Part shown: positions 53,401-64,000 of the stretch, in pieces | How positions within the stretch are numbered: the stretch's first letter is position 1 | Layout of the letters: every line of letters begins with the position of its first letter | Source of the DNA: the human T2T-CHM13v2.0 reference genome, Homo sapiens | Length of the DNA: 64,000 nucleotides | Reading direction: 5' to 3' (one strand) | NCBI RefSeq assembly: GCF_009914755.1 | Contig: NC_060932.1 | Notes under the pieces: generated by a model | The model's database searches: none | The model's input: the letters and a program-made list of their open reading frames with translations, nothing else | What the model was told of the DNA's origin: nothing | Program-made: the position numbers and the translations under genes

Positions 53401-55869
53401 TCAGAGATGGCTGCCCCTACAGCACAAACAACGGGTTACTGCCATTTCTTTCAGGAGTCAAAGAAGCCTTCCTGGTGAGCTGGAAAGGAGAGGCTGGACA
53501 GGTTTTCCCTAAGGTCATACGGCAATATTTACAGCCATGAACATTCTTGGTGATGGTGGTGGGACTGAACTCTAAATCTACCATCTGGAGCTAACTATGG
53601 AAAAGACAGAAGGCCAAACTTCAAAGGTTAGCCACATTTATAAACATAATAATAAAATTGTACCTTCAACTACAAAGAGTGGAGTGATATGGTATGCCCT
53701 TTTGCATCCTTCAGCTTTGGGCCGAGAAACTTTGGAGACATGAATTACAAAGGAGATGGCATTCATAATTTAAAAATGGGGGACAGAGAAATGCATTGAC
53801 TTTGAAATCGCAAACCAAAGTAGCTTTCACAGTTGGAAAATAGGGTAGTTCTGGGTTGAGAACAAAGATTCCCAAAAGAAGGTAATATTGCACTCCATTC
53901 TAAGTGAAGACATTTTGGGGGGCACTTTTCATAAACTGAGAAGGGTGGAGGAGATTAATAGGTTAGTATAAATTGATAAGAAATGAAGTTTATTCATATG
54001 GACTTAAGATCAGAAAGCAGATGAAGAAACTACCAAAGCAAAACAAACCAAAACCACTGCTCTGAAGTCCGGATGATCTTCCTTTGAACAAGATACCAAT
54101 TTTACTTAAGAAACCATCAAATAATGAGGAAAAGTCTACACAAATAATTAAAAGTCTTAAAAAAACAGTCTGTATCAATAATTCCAAAAGTAATCTGGAC
54201 TATTTGCTTTCATTCTCATTGTGAACATGACCTGAAGTTTTGAGAAAAAGTAATATTAGAGAATTCTTTCAACCTTACTTATTTAAAAAACTTCAACTTG
54301 AAATTAAGAAAGAATTACTTTCTGCTTAACAGGTCAAATGGTTTATAGCAAATGACATTTGAGAAAGTGTTTTTCAATTTCAAAATAAATTGTTGAAGCA
54401 ATAGAACAGCAATTGTGGACATGTTAACTTTGTATAACAATGATTAATATTTTTATAGCGAACACTTAGATAAGCACAAAAGAAGAAGCATAGGTTAGTA
54501 CATTTAAAGAGTTAAAAAGAAAAATAATTGTGGAGGGTTTATATATGTTGCTGAATCTTGTGCTCACTGTGATAGAAGTAGAGACAAATGGTTTTTACAT
54601 ATATTAATTTAACTGAAATCCCATATTTAAAAATCAATCCTTATACTCTACAAATACAAAAAGGATTTGTACCACAAAATCTAGTCATCCATTTACTTAT
54701 TAATCACCCATTCAACAAATATTTCTAGTAATCCTTTGTGCCAGGCAGTTTTAAGAGTTCTGGGGAAAAAAGGATCAATAAAACAAAGCCCCTGATTTTG
54801 AGGAACTCATAGTCTATTGCGAGTGTGGGATATGTAAATAAATACTTACAATCTTTCACCCATGCCTGAGGAGTTCCATTAGCTTTGTTCCCAGTGACAA
54901 ACATTAAGATGGTTTAGTCCTGGTTAAATGTTCCATTTTCTTTTAAAAGTCATTGTGTACCCTGCTTTTAAGTAGATACTAAGGCTGCTTCATCTAAGGT
55001 GGACAAGGGCAAGTTCCTCTGGGCTTGTCCTGGGTCAAAACTTGGGAGTGGATAGCCCACTATTTTCTTGCACAGTTTCATATCTATTTCACCTTTCCGG
55101 AAAAGCATGGCCCTGAATACATCCATTTAACAGAAGAAAGAGAGTAGCTGCAGAAACGGAAACAGCAAGAAAAAAGAAGAGGAGCAATGGCTTAAACGTA
55201 GAAAAATTCAGAAACGTCTCAAAAATAGTTGAGGCAACGAGCTCAGGGTGTGTGTACTGTAGACCCAGATACAGAAATCATGACCAGATAATCTTGAAGT
55301 TATTAGGAGAAAAATGAATGAAAACTAGCAAAGAAAATCTATTTTTCATCTTATGAAGGAAAGATGAAATACAATTCCAACTTCCTGCAGTATTAGTATT
55401 CAGAAATATAATATTCAGATAATGGGAAATAACATCATGTCCATTTCTGAGTACTATATTTTAACTGGAACATTGACAAATTCCATTGAACAGAGAAAGA
55501 TAAGATGAAGAAATTTCTAAGTATCTTCCAATTCTAATTGTTAGAGACTAAGTTAACTTAGGGTTTATCACTTAGGTTAAATATAGCCCCTAAGTGAAAG
55601 AAACAAAAACAAATACCTTCTGCCTCTCCCCCTTTTTTACTTTAGGTGAAGGATGAGTTCAGTACATCTTATTAAAAGAAATATCAAGGTCCGTTTCTGT
55701 GAATTTGTACTTAAATACCATTTTGGGGAAATTAATTTTATATGAAGACAAGCCAGCAGACAGTAGAAGTTGAAAGATCTAGAATGAAATATAATAGGAA
55801 GGAGTTTGGAGGAATCTGGAGACAATTACCTTTCTAGCAAAGCATATTTCCTCCAGCAAAAGTAAGCAC

Positions 55870-56236
55870 TTGCCTTGAACAATACATATGTGTTTTGGTT
55901 CAGCCATTTCGCTTTAAGGATTGTATACCAAAGAAGTGGTTAAGGATATGCAGAGTTTTCTGTAAGTGTTCATCTCAGTGTTATTTATAATAGTGAAAAT
56001 GTAAATAATCTACAAGCCAAATGTTGGAGAATGTGTTAAATAAATTATCTAAACAATGGAATGTGTAATGAATAGTTTAAATGGAAAGCTATTCACACCA
56101 TATTGTTAAGTGAAATAAATCAAATTAGAATGCATATATATATACATGCAGGCTAAGCATAACTATGGGAGAAAAGTATTGAAAGAATAATATGGTAATT
56201 ATGACTTTCTTTAGGTAATGAGATTAGGGATGTTTC
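55870..56236 (+). mobile_element. L1ME-type relic, host of the L1PA insertion (resumes 58598-58680)
   Basis: gtgttatttataatagtgaaaa, ttgttaagtgaaa, gagattagggatg...; downstream tttctaacttttcttccatgaacttgtattgc. Confidence 0.55.
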
Positions 56237-56619
56237 TTTTTTTATTATTATACTTTAAGTTCTAGGGTACATGTGCACAACATGCAGGTTTGTTACATAT
56301 GCATACATGTGCCATGTTGGTGTGCTGCACCCATTAACTCGTCATTTACATTAGGTATATCTCCTAATGCTATCCCTCCCCCCTCCTCCCACCCCACGAC
56401 AGGCCCCAGTGTGTGAGATGTTCCCCTTCCTGTGTCCAAGTATTCTCATTGTTCAATTCCCACCTATGAGTGAGAACAAGCAGTGTTTGGTTTTTTGTCC
56501 TTGCAATAGCTTGCTGAGAATGATGGTTTCCAGCTTCATCTGTGTCCCTACAAAGGACATGAACTCATCCTTTTTATGGCTGCATAGTATTCCATGATAT
56601 GTATGTGCCAAATTTTCTT
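56237..56619 (-). mobile_element. L1PA4/5-like 3' end
   Basis: tactttaagttctaggg, ggtttgttac, catttacattagg variants. Confidence 0.85.
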
Positions 56620-56642
56620 TTTTTTTTCTTATTTAACCAATA

Positions 56643-58611
<1,969 letters not shown>

Positions 58612-58682
58612 TTAATTTTCTTTGCTTACTTTCTAACTTTTCTTCCATGAACTTGTATTGCCTTTGTAAAAATAAAAATATG

Positions 58683-59446
58683 TTTTATTTTATTTAACTT
58701 TTAGGTTCAAGTTTTACATGTGCTGGTTTGTTACGCTGGTATTTTGCATGATTCTGAAGTTTGGGGTATCAGTGATCTCATCACCAGGTACTGAGCATAG
58801 TACCTAATATGTAGACTTTCAGCTCCTGCCCCCATCCCTTCCTCCCCAGTCTAGTAGTCCCCATTGTCTATTGTTCTTATCTTTGTGTCCATGTGTACTC
58901 AAGGTTTAGCTCCCACTTATGAGTAGAAGTATGCAGTATTTGGTTTTCTCTAGTTAATTTGTTTAGAATAATGATCTCTGGCTGTATCCGTGTTGCTGCA
59001 AAGAACAGGACTATTCTTTTTTATGACTGCATAGTATTCCATGGTGTATATGTACTGTAATTTCTTCATCCAATCCACCATGAACAAGCACCTAGGTTGA
59101 TTGCATGTCTTTGCTATTATGAATAGTACTGCAATAAACATACAAGTGCATGTATCTTTCTGGTAGTATTATTTATTTTCCTTTGGTTATGTAACTAGGA
59201 ATGGGATTCTTGGGTTGAATGGTGTTCTGTTTTAAGTCCTTTGAGAAATCTCCAACCTGCTTTCCACACTGGCTGAACTAATTTACATTCCTAACAACAG
59301 TGTATTATAAGCCTTCCCTTTTCTCTGCAGCCTTGCTGAATTCTATTATTTTTTGACTTTTTAAAAATAGACATTCTGAGTGGTGTGAGGTGGTATCTCA
59401 TTGTGGTTTTGAATTACATTTTCTAATGATTGGTGATGTTGAGCAT
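58683..59446 (-). mobile_element. L1PA15/16-like 3' fragment
   Basis: gtttggggtatcagtgatctcatcaccaggtactgagcatagtacc; ORF2 tail frame 58950-59141. Confidence 0.85.
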
Positions 59447-59639
59447 TAAAAATGTATTTTAAAAATAAAATAATATCTATTTCATGTTTAGTATGTGAAA
59501 GATATATTTGTATTAAGTAATATATTAATATATCTATATCTACCTATGAAGCACTAATATAAAGATATATTTGTCAAATAAAGATGAAACTTCATGCTAT
59601 TTCCCTCATGCTTTATATGTAATCTATCACCAGTTGTGG

Positions 59640-60050
59640 TCAGTCCAGTCCTATGTTCTAACAAAACTGACTTTCTTTGGTTCAGAACATATGTTTATTC
59701 CCATCTTGGGATCCTGGCTTAAGCTCATCCAGCTGCCTTACGTATTTCCCAACATCTTCATGGTGTCTCATTTTCATTCTTCAGGGCTTGGCTCCAGTGT
59801 CACCTTCATAAAGAGAAACTCTGGCTACCTTCCTTCGAGTGCTTTCTGCAATTTATCTCTATCTGATTTCTCTGTTTATTTTCCTCAAAGCATTGATCAC
59901 ATTCTGGGCTTATCTTGCTTATTCATTCGTGTGCTTGATAAATGTCTGGCTCCTCCTCTAGAATGTAAGCTCCATGAAGGCAGCAACCTCATCAGTGATC
60001 CCCTAACATGGGGTCTGACATATGGTGGGTATAGAATGAATCACTCATGA
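59640..60050 (+). mobile_element. L2 3' end
   Basis: ctagaatgtaagctccatgaaggcag...gaatgaat. Confidence 0.65.
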
Positions 60051-60284
60051 AAACATCTCAGCAAGGATGACAGACATTAAGACTTTCATCAGAAAAAGTT
60101 GAAGTCCAGTGTTGGGTAGAGAGAAACTTACCTCAACGTCTTACCAATATGAATATGTATTATATACATATAAACAAATGTATACACACATGTATAAAAA
60201 TCACAGACTAACATATATACATATGTACCTATGATTTATACATATTTAAAACATACATGCATGTACATATACAAATGATATTAT

Positions 60285-60560
60285 ACAAAATTTCAAGTAT
60301 GTACAAAAGTAGAGAGAAGAGTATGATGAATTCCCCCCAAGGCTCCATCAACCAGCCTTAACAGTCATCTCATGGTTAATCTTGTTTCATAAACACAGCT
60401 TCTCATTTTTCTCTCTGTCTGGATTCTTTCAAAGCAAATTCCAGACATCATGCTTTTCTCTATAATTGTAATGTATACTCTAAAAAATAAAAGCAATCAT
60501 AATTCTGTATCCCATCTAAAAATTAACTGTAATTTTTAAATATTTTACATATCCATTGTA
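60285..60560 (-). mobile_element. L1MC-type 3' relic, preceded by TA/CA low-complexity tract (~60150-60285)
   Basis: tacaaaagtagagagaagagtatgatgaa, tggattctttcaaagcaaattccagacatcat. Confidence 0.6.
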
Positions 60561-63500
60561 CATTTAAAAGTGTATATTCAGAATGTATATTTTAAAAAAT
60601 TCTTCATGTAAAACACTTTTCCTTGAACACTCTTCCACATGCCATCTTGTTTTGAAACTAAACTTTAATTCTTAGCTTCCATGTAGTTAGAAATGGAGAC
60701 CATTTTTTTCCCTTAACTTGGATAATTTTTTATCTTTCAAAGGTGAACTCTTTTCAAGTTGCCTCAGGGATAAGATAGCAAAACAGTCCTGTCTAATGCA
60801 TTTTCTTTTTTGGGGGGGTTGTTTTCCCATGAATCTTTTCAACCCGCCCAGTATTCTCATTTTGTTAATCTGCCATCAGATGATAAATTGCCTTCAAAGA
60901 GTAAATGATCCTGAAACTCTATTCTAATGAATAGTCTGAATTTGTAGATAGTCTATATGTATTTGTTTATTTTATTTTATTTTAATTTGGTTATTGTGGT
61001 TAGCATAGTTTTGATAGCAGTTTATGATTTGCTATATAAAAGTAATCCTGATTTGGTTATATAAGAGTAATCTTGCCTTTCTTTTTCAATAAGCTGCTAG
61101 ATTTGTTGTAGTTTTTGTCTCTCTATAACCTTAGGCTGGTCCAATTTCTCAACGCAGTTCAAGATAATGTTAAGTAATTGATTGCATCGTGAGTTATTAA
61201 CAAGGACAAGAAACACACGTATTCTTCACAAGTTTGCTATATCGTGGCAGAAAAGCACAATTTGGTGGCAAAAGGAAAATTCCAATTAGTTGCTTTAGAT
61301 ACTGTGTCTTTAACTGTGCCAGTTTTCTAGCTGTTAATAAATTATATTCTTGGTCTTCACATCAATATGCTAAGCTGAAAAGTCAGTGAGTGTTTCCATT
61401 TGTGGTTCACTTACTTGGTGAATAAGAGCATCTTAACTAACCCTAATCAGCTGTATCCAACAATATATGCTAGATATCAGCCAAAAGTATCACCAAGGCT
61501 GATCTTTCTTTCTCCATTCCAAATACTGCATTCCATCTATCCCACATTGTCAGTCATTCATCAGCTAGCCTCAGACTAGTAGATAAAAAAGTGGTGGAAA
61601 CATCCCTGGAGTCTTGGAGATTTGACTCTGGTTTTGATGGAATATTATTCTGTGGATTCTCACATTTATTGACCTCAATACTAGTGAGGTCAACGTGACA
61701 ATACAGTGTGTATTGATTTGGTCCAATTCAAGAATTGCTCATTCATTTATTGCTTATATTTATGTAAGTAAAGCAGTAGGCTTTCATCTTCCAATTACAA
61801 CACGTTACCGAATTAATGTGATTAAAGATGAAGCTGGACTACTGTTAACAGGGTCTTTGTTTCTGTCATAAAGTGCAAAAGAAACAATTATGTAAAATTA
61901 ATATATTCTTAAGGAGGAGAATATGCATTTCACTATCAGTTATTATAACCCCCAACCTTTTTTCTTGTTCAAGCCAATTTCATGCTAAAACACTCTGACA
62001 TATTTTCTTTATTCCTGGCTTCCCCCCAGCCCCCATTCTATACCTGCATCTTCAAATTATATTATATGGTAAATTTTTCTATAAATGGGAATATGATATC
62101 TTTGAGATTAACAAGGTCGGCAAGAATTTAGCATCAGAATAGTTTTGAACAGGCATGTCTGTTATTTTTCTTGAAATATTCTCAGCTATCTATTTTTCTT
62201 AACACAATAATAACAAAGACTGTGCGTGGAGTAAGAATTACGAGTTCATACATTTGGCAACTGAATCGCTTTTTCCTAGGTCATTGCTTTGTTGTCTAAG
62301 CTTGAAATCACTTCTTGGAACCAATAATACAGAAGACACACAGCTATGATCCAAAAGATAATTTTTTTTCCTTCTTAATGGGGGATGGGAAAATTATATT
62401 TAGGAGTGTGAGGGATTTTATAGTTTTTACTTGAATTAATGTAATAGAACAAGTCTGGCCACTGAAATATGAAATATAAGAAAACATACATGTTATATTT
62501 ATAATTGGTTTGATATCTTGCTTTTTATTATTGCTTGATACAGAAATCATTTTACTGAAACATTGCAATAACAAAGGGCCTCTGGTATCTGTTTCTCCTC
62601 ATCACTGTTCCATTCAGTATAAAAATAAATTGAAGAGTGCATTCTGTAGGACAAAACTTTATGTAAAATACAGTATGGTAGATATTGTGGTCTATTTCTT
62701 AAACTTATCTAACTACACCAACACTAAGAGACATTTACTGTGGGGACAAGAGAGTCATTCGTAAGCACTCCCTTTGGCTGCCAGGTAAGGAATATCCAAG
62801 AACTGACAGCAGCATAGCATTTAAAGGCATCAGTCTGGTACAAAAAAAATGAATATAGAAGAGATGGAATCACTGGGTATTGAGCAGCAGGGAAGGAAAT
62901 GATTTGTGCTGCCTGCTGATATTTAAAGGTATATTATGCACAGTAAGAACAGCTTAGTTCTCCGGACTCCGTGGCTAACCCACTCTAGAACTGAAGGTAC
63001 ATAATATGCAGGATAAGTTTATCTCTTAGCATGGCCTGGGCAATTATTTGGTATTGATTTTCGGAAAGTTTTGTCTTACATGTCAGCATTTTGTTGGCAA
63101 ACTTTGCAACATAATCCAGTCAAATCAGCGCAGAGATGAGTGTGGGTAGAGATAAACCCTCCGCGGGCGAGTCCTTTGCGTGGTGGGTAGGTAGCCCTTC
63201 TACATTAAGAAAGCTCTTGCAACTGTGCCGTCTCGTCAGGGGAATTGTAATCTTGGGGAATCCCTGTGCCTGATTGCCGCTCTCCTCCCAATTGTGCACT
63301 TTTGACCTCTGTATTGATTCTGTTCTCTCATCAAAAGCGCTGATGTAATTCCATGTGCTGGGATCATGTAGTGATTTGCATTTAGGAGCTGCAACTGTGC
63401 GCTGACCCCAAACCATTTCATCAGAATGAAAGTAGACCAAATGGCAGATGCGTTTCCCCTTAATATTAAAGTCTATTGTGCCATTTGGTATGTTTCTTTA

Positions 63501-64000
63501 TTGTATATAGAAAAAGGACATATACCATCCGATCTGGATTTTGATTTAATTCCAAACAGGAATTGAGAAGTTCTTTAAAACATAACAGGGATCAGAAGGG
63601 ATTTTATTGAATTCCACATTCAGTGCAATAAATAGCATTCCTATTTGTTAAAGCTTAACACAAAATGATAAAAGTATCTGAATATATTTTCAGAATTTCC
63701 AGCACATTAAAAATTGTTTTATTTTTTTTTACCGTTTTTTGTTACTAATGTATATCAAACAAGATGTCTATTCATTGACTCTCTAGTGAAATACACTAAC
63801 TAGAAATGCTATTTAGTAATAGAAAATAGTAGATATGTCATTAACAGATTTAATCTGATGAAAATATTGACCATTATTTTGTTTGTTTCTCCTCTCCCTC
63901 TTCTTCCTCCTTTTCTTTCTTCTTCTTTTTCAAGTAGGGTGGAAAATGGGCAGAAAACAACTTTTAAAGCCTAGGCACCTAAAGAAAATGTCATTGAAAA

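Noticed and set aside
53213-53540. 99-aa ORF MEYANSSGLY...
   Set aside because: Starts within an MLT1 LTR relic; no known homology
55134-55205. Resemblance to importin-alpha IBB motif (LQKRKQ..KREEQWLKRR)
   Set aside because: Needs a stop, an insertion and a frameshift; similarity does not extend on either side; expected in purine-rich sequence

Overview
Primate (human-like) non-coding genomic DNA, intergenic or deep-intronic. I found no recognisable cellular protein-coding exon, RNA gene or CpG island. The only real coding remnants are a 5'-truncated LINE-1 ORF2 C-terminus (56789-58438, -) and a decayed class-I ERV env tail (~1793-1918, -); the other listed ORFs are chance frames, many inside Alu/LTR/L1. 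Much of the window is interspersed repeat: a rearranged MER52-type LTR/provirus at the left end, MaLR LTRs (MST, MLT1), seven Alus, a near full-length old L1M with nested insertions (28.5-35.7 kb), a composite young L1PA, MER47/MER53/MER94 DNA-transposon MITEs, and MIR/L2 relics. Family names come from recalled consensus sequences and were not checked with RepeatMasker/Dfam. The best observations are repair and recombination scars: a chimeric L1PA-in-L1PA bounded by one TSD, a ~150-bp captured foreign fragment replacing ~290 bp of L1, an inverted MER52 nested in a MER52 LTR, and fold-back palindromes. Several repeat-free, motif-dense blocks look like distal enhancers. I see no evidence for a new biological system.
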